In this document: in pieces, positions 20,581 to 30,042 of the stretch
Position numbering within the stretch: the stretch's first letter is position 1
Layout of the letters: each line of letters opens with the position of its first letter
Assembly: GCA_963845245.1 (NCBI GenBank)
Contig: CAWJRJ010000022.1
Coordinates: 9,311-73,310 of the forward strand
DNA length: 64,000 bases
Origin: Nitrospirota bacterium
GTDB lineage: Bacteria > Nitrospirota > JACRHJ01
Direction: 5' to 3'
Position numbers and translations under genes: made by a program
Notes under the pieces: model-generated
Databases searched by the model: none
Told to the model about the DNA's origin: nothing
The model's input: the letters and a program-made list of their open reading frames with translations, nothing else

Positions 20581-21861
20581 TTGGAGGAAACCGTGGACAG
20601 CAAGGTGAGATTTTTAAAAGAACATCTGACGACGGCCTGGGGGTTCCAGACGGACCTTTTCATAAAGAGGGCTTCCGGGCTGTATCTATATGACGAGGCC
20701 GGAAAAAGATACATGGACTTCACATCCGGCCACGCCGTCTGCAACATAGGCCACAGCCACCCCAAGGTCGTCGAGGCGATAAAGGCACAGGCGGACAGGT
20801 TCATCCATGCGGGCTCGACATTTTACTACGACTCGCTCTATGACCTGGTCGAAAGGATGATAGCTATCACACCGCCCGGGATGGACAGGTTCTTCTTTTC
20901 CAATTCAGGGTCCGAGGCGGTCGAGGGCGCGATGAAGCTCGCCCGCTACCACACAGGTAGGCAGGCAATCATCGGCTTCACCGGCTCGTTCCACGGCCGC
21001 ACCTTCGGGGCCATGTCGCTTACGTCCTCAAACGCACGGTACAGGACGGCATACCAGCCGCTTCTGCCCGGGATATACCACATCACCTACCCGTACTGCT
21101 ACCGCAGCCCTTACGGGTCGAACTGCGACATTGCATCCACCGACGAACTTGAGAGGCTGTTCACTCAGAGGGTCGCCGCAAAAGACGTAGCCGCCATAAT
21201 AATCGAGCCGGTGCTGGGCGAGGGCGGGTACTATCCCGCGCCCGCGGCATTCCTTGAGAAGCTCAGGGAGATATGTACGGACAACGGCATTCTGCTTATC
21301 TTTGACGAGGTGCAGTCAGGCATCGGGCGCACCTCCAGATGGTTTGCGCTCGACCACTACGGAGTAAAACCGGACATCATCACGGTGGCAAAAGGCATCG
21401 CGTCGGGATTGCCGTTATCGGGCATCATCTCCACAGCCGGTATAATGGGTAACTGGGAACGCGGTACACACGGTACGACGTTCGGGGGCAACCCCGTCGC
21501 ATGCGCGGCAGCAACGGCAACGCTTGACGCAATAAAGGATGAGAAACTCCTTGAGAAATCCGAGAGGATAAGCCGTGGCGTATTCGAAAGGCTGTGGGGC
21601 CTAAAAGAAATAGCCCCGGTGATAGGAGACGTACGCGGCCTGGGCTATATGATAGGCATAGAATTTATTAAAAAAGAGGGCGAGCCTAACCCGGAAGCCG
21701 TTTCGTTTATCCTCAAATACTGCCTGGAGAGAGGTCTGGTGATACTCGAAGCCGGGACATACAAGAACGTCGTACGTTTTATTCCTCCGCTCATCACGAC
21801 GGAAGAGCAGATGGACGAGGCGTTGGTTATTTTCGAAGAAGCTGTAAGAAAGGCCGGATGA
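20581..21861 (+). CDS. Class III PLP omega-aminotransferase (GabT/ornithine aminotransferase-like)
   Basis: NSGSEAVEGAMK, FHGRT, FDEVQSGIGR, AKGIASGLP, HGTTFGGNP. Confidence 0.93.
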   Translation: MEETVDSKVRFLKEHLTTAWGFQTDLFIKRASGLYLYDEAGKRYMDFTSGHAVCNIGHSHPKVVEAIKAQADRFIHAGSTFYYDSLYDLVERMIAITPPGMDRFFFSNSGSEAVEGAMKLARYHTGRQAIIGFTGSFHGRTFGAMSLTSSNARYRTAYQPLLPGIYHITYPYCYRSPYGSNCDIASTDELERLFTQRVAAKDVAAIIIEPVLGEGGYYPAPAAFLEKLREICTDNGILLIFDEVQSGIGRTSRWFALDHYGVKPDIITVAKGIASGLPLSGIISTAGIMGNWERGTHGTTFGGNPVACAAATATLDAIKDEKLLEKSERISRGVFERLWGLKEIAPVIGDVRGLGYMIGIEFIKKEGEPNPEAVSFILKYCLERGLVILEAGTYKNVVRFIPPLITTEEQMDEALVIFEEAVRKAG

Positions 21862-23201
21862 AACCGAAGAACGTCCTTATAATGGGCGCGGGCGGGCGCG
21901 ACTTCCATAACTTCAACGTAATATTCCGCGACGACCCCACATACAACGTAGCCGCCTTCACCGCGACGCAGATACCGTATATCGAGAAAAGGACCTATCC
22001 CGCTTCACTAGCCGGGAAGCTTTACCCACAGGACATACCTATATTCCCCGAGGAAAAACTACCCGGACTCATAAAATCCCTGCATATCGACGAGGTGGTA
22101 TTCTCCTACAGCGACGTAGCCCACATGGACGTGATGCACAAGGCTTCCGAGGTGCTGGCGCTTGGCGCCGACTTCAGCTTGCTTGGGCCGGACAGTACGA
22201 TGCTGAAATCTTCAGTTCCCGTTATATCCGTGTGCGCGGTACGGACAGGGAGCGGGAAGAGCCCGGTCACAAGGAGGCTTCTGGAGATACTCAGGTTGCT
22301 TGGCAGAAGGCCTGTGGCCATACGTCACCCTATGGCATACTGCGACCTGGAGAAACAGCGCTTGCAGAGGTTCTCGACCTTTGAAGAGCTAGACGCACTC
22401 GCTTGCACGGTCGAAGAAAAGGAGGAGTACGAGCCTATAGTCGAGATGGGGTTCACTGTCTTTGCGGGCGTGGACTACGAGGCGGTATTGCGGGAGGCGG
22501 AAAAAGAGGCGGACATTATAGTATGGGACGGGGGCAACAACGACTTCCCGTTCATAAGACCTGACCTGGAGGTTGTCGTTGCAGACGCGTTGCGGCCGGG
22601 ACACGGCATGTCGTACTACCCCGGTGAGACAAACCTCCGGCGGGCAGACGTCGTAATAATAAACAAGGTCGGCAGCGCGACAACCGAGGCGGTTGCCTGG
22701 ATCAAAAGGAACATAAAAGCGGTCAACCCGAAGGCCAGGATTGTAACGGCCGAATCGCCTGTCCGGATCCTGATGACAACCCACAAAGCGCCGTCTTTGG
22801 AAGGACAAAGGGTCGTGGTGGTGGAGGACGGCCCCACAATTACACATGGAGGCATGGGCTACGGCGCGGGTGTTGTAGCGGCGCGCGAGGCCGGGGCGAC
22901 TGTAGTAAGCCCTGTCAGGTATGCTGTTAGGACGCTGAAAGAGACGCTTGAAAAATATGGCCACATAAAGGATGTGCTCCCGGCGATGGGATACAGCCAG
23001 GAACAGCTTGACGACTTGGCGGCAACGATAAACGCCGTTCCATGCGACGCGCTGGTGTTTGCGACTCCTGTAAACCTTATGCGGCTGATAAAGGTGAACA
23101 AGCCGGCGTACCGCGTTTCTTATGAGATAAAAGAGAAAGGCAGAACGACCATCGAGGCGATCGTGAAGGGGTTCCTCAAAAACAAAGGGCAAAACAGATG
23201 A
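21858..23201 (+). CDS. P-loop NTPase of the ArcE (arginine synthetase)/cyclic 2,3-diphosphoglycerate synthetase-like family
   Basis: MGAGGRDFHNFN..FTATQIP N-terminus, P-loop VRTGSGKS, WDGGNND, VEDGPTITHGGM; coupled to carbamate kinase. Confidence 0.85.
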   Translation: MKPKNVLIMGAGGRDFHNFNVIFRDDPTYNVAAFTATQIPYIEKRTYPASLAGKLYPQDIPIFPEEKLPGLIKSLHIDEVVFSYSDVAHMDVMHKASEVLALGADFSLLGPDSTMLKSSVPVISVCAVRTGSGKSPVTRRLLEILRLLGRRPVAIRHPMAYCDLEKQRLQRFSTFEELDALACTVEEKEEYEPIVEMGFTVFAGVDYEAVLREAEKEADIIVWDGGNNDFPFIRPDLEVVVADALRPGHGMSYYPGETNLRRADVVIINKVGSATTEAVAWIKRNIKAVNPKARIVTAESPVRILMTTHKAPSLEGQRVVVVEDGPTITHGGMGYGAGVVAAREAGATVVSPVRYAVRTLKETLEKYGHIKDVLPAMGYSQEQLDDLAATINAVPCDALVFATPVNLMRLIKVNKPAYRVSYEIKEKGRTTIEAIVKGFLKNKGQNR

Positions 23202-24139
23202 CAAAACCCCCGCTCGTGATAGCCATAGGCGGGAACGCACTCATCCAACGCGGAGAGCGTGGTACGCTTGAGGAGCAGGTGTCCCATGCCGACTCCTGTA
23301 TGGCCCGTATCGCGGAGTTAATCGAGCCGGGACAACCAGTAATCATCACACACGGAAACGGTCCTTTCGTGGGCAACACCCTCATCCAGATGGAATGCGC
23401 CAGGGAGACTATACCGCCCATGCCGCTGTTCATCGCGGATGCCGACTCGGAAGGCGGTATAGGGTTTATCCTCCAGCAGTCACTCTATAACCAGCTTGCA
23501 AGGCTTGGCAAAAAGGTCAACGTCGTTTCGGTTGTCACCCAGGTGGCGGTCGATAAGAACGACCCGGCATTCATATGGCCTTCGAAACCCGTAGGACCGT
23601 TTTACTCGGCGGAAGAGGCAAAGTCCATGACTACTTTACTGGGCTGGGTAATGCTTGAGGACGCCGGACGCGGCTGGCGCAGGGTGGTGCCCTCGCCAAG
23701 GCCATTGCGGATAATAGAGGCCGATACAATAAGGCGGATAGCAGAGGGCGGGGATATCGTGATCGCCGCCGGCGGAGGAGGAGTGCCCGTGGTCGAGGAC
23801 GAGAGCAGACTGCTCAAAGGCATCGATGCCGTGATAGACAAGGACCTCGCGTCAAGCCTTCTTGCCAGACAGGTCGGTGCGAAAAAGCTTATAATACTCA
23901 CATCGGTAGACTGCGTATATCTGGATTATGGGAAACCTGCGCAGAGTGCGATAGCAAGGATGGGTGTTAACGATGCAATAGATTATCTGGCGCAGGGCCA
24001 GTTCCCGCCGGGGAGCATGGGGCCAAAAATTCTTGCTGCGATCGAGTTCATCGGGGGAGGCGGCAAGGAAGTTACAATAACGTCGCCGGAGAAACTTGAA
24101 GAAGCCGTATGCGGAAAAGCCGGGACGGTTATTTGTTGA
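23198..24139 (+). CDS. arcC: Carbamate kinase
   Basis: IAIGGNAL, ITHGNGP, PSKPVGPFY, RRVVPSP, AVIDKDLAS, GSMGPK. Confidence 0.95.
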   Translation: MTKPPLVIAIGGNALIQRGERGTLEEQVSHADSCMARIAELIEPGQPVIITHGNGPFVGNTLIQMECARETIPPMPLFIADADSEGGIGFILQQSLYNQLARLGKKVNVVSVVTQVAVDKNDPAFIWPSKPVGPFYSAEEAKSMTTLLGWVMLEDAGRGWRRVVPSPRPLRIIEADTIRRIAEGGDIVIAAGGGGVPVVEDESRLLKGIDAVIDKDLASSLLARQVGAKKLIILTSVDCVYLDYGKPAQSAIARMGVNDAIDYLAQGQFPPGSMGPKILAAIEFIGGGGKEVTITSPEKLEEAVCGKAGTVIC

Positions 24140-25361
24140 TCGTGAAGTAGAAAGTGCTGCCCTTGCCTACGTCGGAAAAGGCCCATATCCTTCCGCCGTT
24201 GCCCTCAATTAATTTCCTGCAGATGGAAAGACCAAGGCCGGTGCCGGGGATGTCCTTTGCTGAATCGGTCCTGTGGAAGGGATCGAATATCCTGCCGAGT
24301 TCCAGGACGTCTATCCCCATGCCGTTGTCTTTTACCGAGATCTGGTAGAACATGTCCTTTTCCTGACAGGAAAGCTCGACCGACGGGCCATCGCCCCGGC
24401 AGGAGAACTTAATGGCGTTGGATATAAGGTTGGAAAGCACCCTCTTCAGGCTTAAAGACGAGTAATGGACAACTGGAAGGTCTCCTACTATTTTCACCAG
24501 CCAGGCCTCAACCCCCATATCGGATATAACCATGGGTATGTAGGTCTTGAGGTCAATTTTCTCCGGGTCTTTTTGTAGGGAACAAGCATGTGAAAAATCG
24601 TTCAAGCCGACTATGAGTTCGTGCATGTAGTCCGCATTTCTTGAGATGCGCTCAAGGAAGTCCGCGGCCGCAGGGTCAAGCCTGTCCGCGCCCTGCGCCG
24701 ATATCAACTCGACAAACATCTTTGTGGAGTTGATCGGGTTCCTGATGTCGTGGATGACCCTCTGCACCAGAGAAGAAAACTCGTTTTCTCTCTCCGACTG
24801 AGACTCGAGGAAATGCATGTACAGGGCGAGCTGTGAGGCAATATTTTCCAGGAATTGGACGCGTTGGACGGAGACCATGCCTTTTTCGGTGTCAACCGCA
24901 TGGATGAGCCCGAAATACCTGTGGCCGAAGCGTATGGGGATAACAGCGAGCGACTCCCACTTTCGTAGCACGCACTCGCCCCTGAACCTCCCTTCGCGCA
25001 TTCCTCCTCTGACGACTTCAAGGCTCTGAAGCTCGTTTGTGTAAAAGGAACCGTAGGGGGTGTAAAGAGGCAGGGACGGGTCGTATTCGCCCCTGGTTAT
25101 CTCAATGCACACGCATTTGTCATGACGTATGCACAGGTTGTTTTCCTTGGCCATGAAGCCGTCGGAGTATCCTGTGTAGGATGAGAAAGGGATGTTCCCC
25201 TCTTTGTCCATTACACGGATGCCTATAGCTTCTATCCTGAGGTGTGCTGCCAGGATGGCGACCAGCCGGTCCAGGACGTTATTAATCCCGGCTCTTTCAT
25301 TAAAGAGACTTAGTACGTCCGCATTTACCTGCTGTTCAACCCTGTAATCGTACTCTACCAT
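24129..25361 (-). CDS. Cytoplasmic GAF-domain sensor histidine kinase (orphan)
   Basis: Cys-containing GAF domain, HDIRNP H-box, NLISNAIKF, DNGMG, GTGLGL. Confidence 0.9.
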   Translation of the reverse strand: MVEYDYRVEQQVNADVLSLFNERAGINNVLDRLVAILAAHLRIEAIGIRVMDKEGNIPFSSYTGYSDGFMAKENNLCIRHDKCVCIEITRGEYDPSLPLYTPYGSFYTNELQSLEVVRGGMREGRFRGECVLRKWESLAVIPIRFGHRYFGLIHAVDTEKGMVSVQRVQFLENIASQLALYMHFLESQSERENEFSSLVQRVIHDIRNPINSTKMFVELISAQGADRLDPAAADFLERISRNADYMHELIVGLNDFSHACSLQKDPEKIDLKTYIPMVISDMGVEAWLVKIVGDLPVVHYSSLSLKRVLSNLISNAIKFSCRGDGPSVELSCQEKDMFYQISVKDNGMGIDVLELGRIFDPFHRTDSAKDIPGTGLGLSICRKLIEGNGGRIWAFSDVGKGSTFYFTINK

Positions 25362-25471
25362 ATAACTTGAACCGGATTTATTTCATATTACTGACTGTTC
25401 TGATTTTATTTATAACCGTCAAAAAAATCAACTAAAAACATGTGAGAATTCAAAATCAGGGAAATGTTGTG

Positions 25472-26575
25472 TCAGATGCCCGGCTCTTCGTATTTCATCT
25501 TCAGCGCCTGCGCGACCGGCTTGTTGGTCAACCGCCCCCTGTAGGTATTGAGCCCTTTCATGAGCGCCGGGTCTGCTCTCAAAGCGGCCTCAACGCCCAT
25601 GTCGGCAATCCGATGCGCATAAGGCAGCGTCACGTTGGTAAGCGCAAACGTGGAGGTCCTGGGCACGGCACCCGGCATGTTCGTGACGCAGTAATGTATC
25701 ACCCCGTCCACAACATAGACCGGGTCGGTATGCGACGTCGGTCTGGACGTATCGAAACAACCACCCTGGTCTATGGCAATATCCACAATGACGGAGCCCT
25801 TCCTCATCTTCGACAGGACCTGCCTGCCGGCAAGCTTCGGGGCCTTCGCGCCCGGAACGAGGACCGCCCCGATGACCAGGTCGGCTTCAATCATGGACTC
25901 CTCTACCACCCCCCTGTTTGATGCAAGCGTCCTTATCGTGCCGTGAAATATGTCTTCGATGTAGTCGAGCCTGTCGACGTTTGTATCGAGCACCGTGACC
26001 TCGGCTCCCATGCCGTGCGCGATCTTTGCCGCGTTCAGCCCGGCAGTGCCCGCACCGATTATGACGACCCGCGCGGGCAGGACGCCCGGCACGCCGCCAA
26101 GAAGGATGCCCCTGCCGCCGTTGTTTTCCTGAAGGTACGACGCCCCGACCTGGATGGACAACCGGCCGGCGACCTGGCTCATCGGTTTCAAAAGCGGCAG
26201 TGAATTGTCCTCTCTCTGTATCGTCTCATATGCAATACCTGTCACCTTCCGCTCCAGAAGCAGTTCGGTGAGCCTCTTCTCGGCGGCCAGGTGCAGGTAA
26301 GTGAAAAGTATCTGCCCGGCCTTCAGCAGCCCATACTCCTGTGGCAGAGGCTCCTTGACCTTTACTATCATGTCAGCCCTTGAGAACAGAGCCTTTCGAG
26401 CGGTGATTGTGGCCCCGGCCTTCTGGTATTCGGCATCCGTTATCCCGCTCCCAATGCCCGCGCCCTTCTCGACCAATACCCTGTGGCCGGACTGGACAAG
26501 CTCCCTGACACCTGCAGGGACCATGCCTACGCGGAATTCTTTGTCCTTTATCTCCTTCGGTACGCCGACGACCAT
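25472..26575 (-). CDS. ald: Alanine dehydrogenase
   Basis: VGVPKEIK, KVKEP, FTYLHLA, GAGTAG, DIAIDQGGC, HYCVTNMPGAV. Confidence 0.96.
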   Translation of the reverse strand: MVVGVPKEIKDKEFRVGMVPAGVRELVQSGHRVLVEKGAGIGSGITDAEYQKAGATITARKALFSRADMIVKVKEPLPQEYGLLKAGQILFTYLHLAAEKRLTELLLERKVTGIAYETIQREDNSLPLLKPMSQVAGRLSIQVGASYLQENNGGRGILLGGVPGVLPARVVIIGAGTAGLNAAKIAHGMGAEVTVLDTNVDRLDYIEDIFHGTIRTLASNRGVVEESMIEADLVIGAVLVPGAKAPKLAGRQVLSKMRKGSVIVDIAIDQGGCFDTSRPTSHTDPVYVVDGVIHYCVTNMPGAVPRTSTFALTNVTLPYAHRIADMGVEAALRADPALMKGLNTYRGRLTNKPVAQALKMKYEEPGI

Positions 26576-26705
26576 GATAGCCTCCTTGTTTATAAGGATT
26601 ATACCAAATGGAACTGAATAGACAAACATTTTCGCTCCCACAGTGTTACAGCCATACCCGTTTTTCCTTTTAATTTATGAGGGCATCGTGATATAATCCG
26701 GTGCT

Positions 26706-28565
26706 ATGATTCAGGATATACGCCTTCACGGCCAGATAAACGACAGGGTGGAGTACTTCGCCACCGTAGCAGGCCGGGATATAGCAAACCGCTATTTCCA
26801 CGAGTCCGGCGAGAAGGACGGCAAAAGCTTCGTCCGTTTTTTCTCCTACGGCAACGACCTCAAGATAAACCCTGAAGGCATCTCATATTTCGCAAACGGC
26901 GGAAGCTTCTGCGAATACATGTTCGGCATAGACCTGCCCATCAAAGACCTCATTAAAAAAGACGTCTTGAACCGCCTTGTAATGTACGGCGGCGTTTACT
27001 CCGAAGGCGACCGCCTGTCGTTCACAAACGACATCCAGGGCGGAGAGGACTTCACCAAGGTGTTCATGAACGGCAACGCCGTGAGCAACTACTACTTCTT
27101 CGTCCATTCCGACTCAAAGCTCGAACACCGGAAGAGACAGGAGACCCTGCTTCGTGCGCTCGGTAAATACCTGAAGCATACGGACAAAGTCGGCAAGTCC
27201 GACGACTCGGCGATCGTGCGGGACATCTTCCTCGCCCTCAAGGAGGACAGGAGCATCGTATTCCTCGTAAGGCTCGTCAACCGCTTCCACGAGGACTACC
27301 ACCGGACCTTCAAGGAGCTTTACTGGAAGAACAGGGCAGTGGACGAAGACGGCATCGCGAAACTTGCAGCGCTCGCAAACCTCTATGAGATAGACCGCTA
27401 CCAGCAGGAGCGCATCAAGATAGACATAATGTACAAGCACCCCGAGAATAAAAGGATAGTGGACGAGTACAAGGCTATCCTGATCGGGTGCTCGAATAAA
27501 AAAGAGATCGACCACCTGGATATGGCCAAGCTGACGCGCCTCAGGACGCTCAGCCTAAGGAACAAGATACCGCTGAACCTCTTCGACACACTCGACGAGA
27601 TGCTCCTGAAGGGCAAGAAGATAAAAGAGGTTAACGAACCCGAGTACATCAAGGAAACCAGGGCCATATTCGAAGGCCTTTTCCTTAAAGGGCAGACGGC
27701 CGGTCATATAAACGGCGAAGACATGACCAAGTTGTTGCGCGCCAAGCAACACGCCATACTGCTGAGGGACAACACATTTGAAGAGATACTGCTTGAGACC
27801 TGCCGCCTCACCGACGAGAAGTCGATAGAGTCAAACGACCTGAGCCTCTTTGAGAGCTTCGGCTACATCATAACCTACTTCGACAGGTTCGACACCACCC
27901 TTGCCACGGTGAGCCAGATATCGTTCATGGAAGGCACCATAGTGACCGAGGAAAAGCTCAGGAGCCTTCTTGGAAACAAACGCGCCTTCGATGAGATATC
28001 TAAGGGGTTGTTCCACGAGCTTTTCATAAAGAGCGCACTCCAGAACCGTTACATGACCAACTACGGCAGGAGAAAGGCGACCGCCCTGTACAATGGCATC
28101 ATGGATATCGAGGAAGGGAACGCATCCGTAAAGGAAGTCATAGAACGGCTCAATGCGATAATAGCCGAAGAGCGCGACTATGTGACCGTGCATGCATTCA
28201 TGAAAGAAAAGCTTAAACACTCGCACAGCGACCTTGCAGACAGGGAGACGCAGGACCTCTTCATTGCCGACGTCTGGAAAGAGATGCTGGATGGCGGCCA
28301 CATACAACACGGCACACCCGAAAAGGTCTTCAGGGACGCGCTCATCAATATCCGCAAGGAGATATTCTACCTGCACCATCTCCTGCCGGTGATTATCGCC
28401 GGTAGCAGCACCAAGACCCGCGAAGACTTCCTGGAGAACTCGGGCCTGGACAGGTTTTATATCGAGGAACTGGAGCGGGATTATTTCGAGAAAAACAGGA
28501 TAAGTGGGATGCTGCTTGAACGGCTACGTAAGGACGAGCAGCCGACGGCCTCAGCTGGTCAGTGA
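26706..28565 (+). CDS. Conserved hypothetical protein, TIGR04442-like
   Basis: 619-aa intact ORF with coding-type codon bias; MIQDIRLHG, YQQERIKID and SGLDRFY resemble that family (from memory). Confidence 0.7.
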   Translation: MIQDIRLHGQINDRVEYFATVAGRDIANRYFHESGEKDGKSFVRFFSYGNDLKINPEGISYFANGGSFCEYMFGIDLPIKDLIKKDVLNRLVMYGGVYSEGDRLSFTNDIQGGEDFTKVFMNGNAVSNYYFFVHSDSKLEHRKRQETLLRALGKYLKHTDKVGKSDDSAIVRDIFLALKEDRSIVFLVRLVNRFHEDYHRTFKELYWKNRAVDEDGIAKLAALANLYEIDRYQQERIKIDIMYKHPENKRIVDEYKAILIGCSNKKEIDHLDMAKLTRLRTLSLRNKIPLNLFDTLDEMLLKGKKIKEVNEPEYIKETRAIFEGLFLKGQTAGHINGEDMTKLLRAKQHAILLRDNTFEEILLETCRLTDEKSIESNDLSLFESFGYIITYFDRFDTTLATVSQISFMEGTIVTEEKLRSLLGNKRAFDEISKGLFHELFIKSALQNRYMTNYGRRKATALYNGIMDIEEGNASVKEVIERLNAIIAEERDYVTVHAFMKEKLKHSHSDLADRETQDLFIADVWKEMLDGGHIQHGTPEKVFRDALINIRKEIFYLHHLLPVIIAGSSTKTREDFLENSGLDRFYIEELERDYFEKNRISGMLLERLRKDEQPTASAGQ

Positions 28566-29966
28566 ACCGCCGGAATAGTTCTCCCTGACATACCTTATAG
28601 CCCCTTCCTTGTCAACAAGTGCACCTTCGGCGCGCTTCTCCTCCACGTCCATCAGGATCACCCCGAAAACCGGCCCAGGAACAAGCCCAAGTTCTTCGAC
28701 CAGGTCATCCCCCGTAATCAACGGCTCGGCCTTCATATTCTTAAACTCGCCGTAATAGTACTCGGCAATATCCCTTACCAACCCCTCCACGTCCGTCGCG
28801 ACAGCTCCGGGCCGCTCCCTCGTGGCAAACGCATCAGCCAGCGCGACTATGAGCGAGGCAGGCAGGTCGTCACCGATATCCCTTACGTAGCGGTAGACTG
28901 CATGGCGCGTGACCGGGGACTTGGTAAGGTGTAAGGGTCTGAGGTGCGCCCTCGTAATCTTCCCGAGCGCCATAGACCGCACTGCCTGATAGCCTTAGCC
29001 TTTTCGCAATGCCGGAATTTATTGCCTCGCCTGCCTGGTCGTGCCTGGTGAACCTTATCCTGTCCGGTTCAACCGTAAACGTATCGGGCTTGCCGGTGTC
29101 ATGAAGCAGCGCGCAAAGTTTGACCAGGCCCGACATGCAAAGCAAGCCGTCTACCTGCGCATCAAGATAACCGGATACTTCATCTGCCCGCCTGTCGAAG
29201 TACCGGGAGAGGTCGCCCATCACCTCTTCCGCCCAGTGCATCGCCCTGAAGGAATGCTCAAGAACATCGTGCATGTGAGGCTCGGACTGGGGCACGACCT
29301 TCCATGGCCTTAAGCTCCGGGATGACCTCCTGCAACAGCCCGGATCCATACATCGAGCGGAACGCGGCCGCGGCTCCTCTTTGTGCAAGCATGAGGTAAA
29401 GCTCGTCCCTGACACGCTCGGCGGATGTGCCCGTTATCATGCACCGGTGCTTGCCGATAAGACCGAGCGTATCTTCCTCTATGGCGAAACCTAGCTGGAG
29501 CGCTAGCCGGAACGCCCGCAGGAGCCTCAGAGGATCATCTGTAAAGACATTGCCAGTTACTGCCCGCACTGTGCCGGCCTTCAGGTCGTCCTGCCCCCCC
29601 AGCGGGTCAATAATATTTCCAGCTTCCTCCGGCCCGATTCTGGCAGCCATTGCATTTACCGTGAAGTCCCTGAAGCGCCAAGTCCTCCTCTATCACTCCC
29701 CTCAACTGCGAGACGTCTATGTGATAGGGCAGGCCCGCCCTTGCAGCCCTATAAATATTCCGTTCCGCGTCCAGTATGAACGATGTCCCGCTGAATAGAG
29801 ATGCCACTCGCCGGGCGAATCCTTCCGCGCCCTGCGATACTGCGATGTCGATGTCCGAGGTGTCTTTATTTAAAAGGATATCGCGCACGGTACCCCCGAC
29901 GATATAGGCTTTGACACCGGGGGTCAAGAGGGAGGCTATTTCGGCAATGGTTTTGTTCAGGTACAT
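28551..29966 (-). CDS. CCA-adding enzyme/poly(A) polymerase family nucleotidyltransferase with HD domain (three indels)
   Basis: VGGTVRD, DIDIA, RDFTVNAMA (across a frameshift), DPLRLLRAFR, LLHDTGK. Confidence 0.9.
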
Positions 29967-29984
29967 GGTTTAATTATAACCCAT

Positions 29985-30017
29985 AAAAAAAACCGGCCCC
30001 ACTTTCATGGGGCCGGT
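29985..30017 (-). terminator. Rho-independent terminator of the porin gene
   Basis: ACCGGCCCCA-TGAAAG-TGGGGCCGGT followed by a T run on the minus strand. Confidence 0.85.
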
Positions 30018-30042
30018 CAGGTAAAACTAAATTAAGCTTTAA

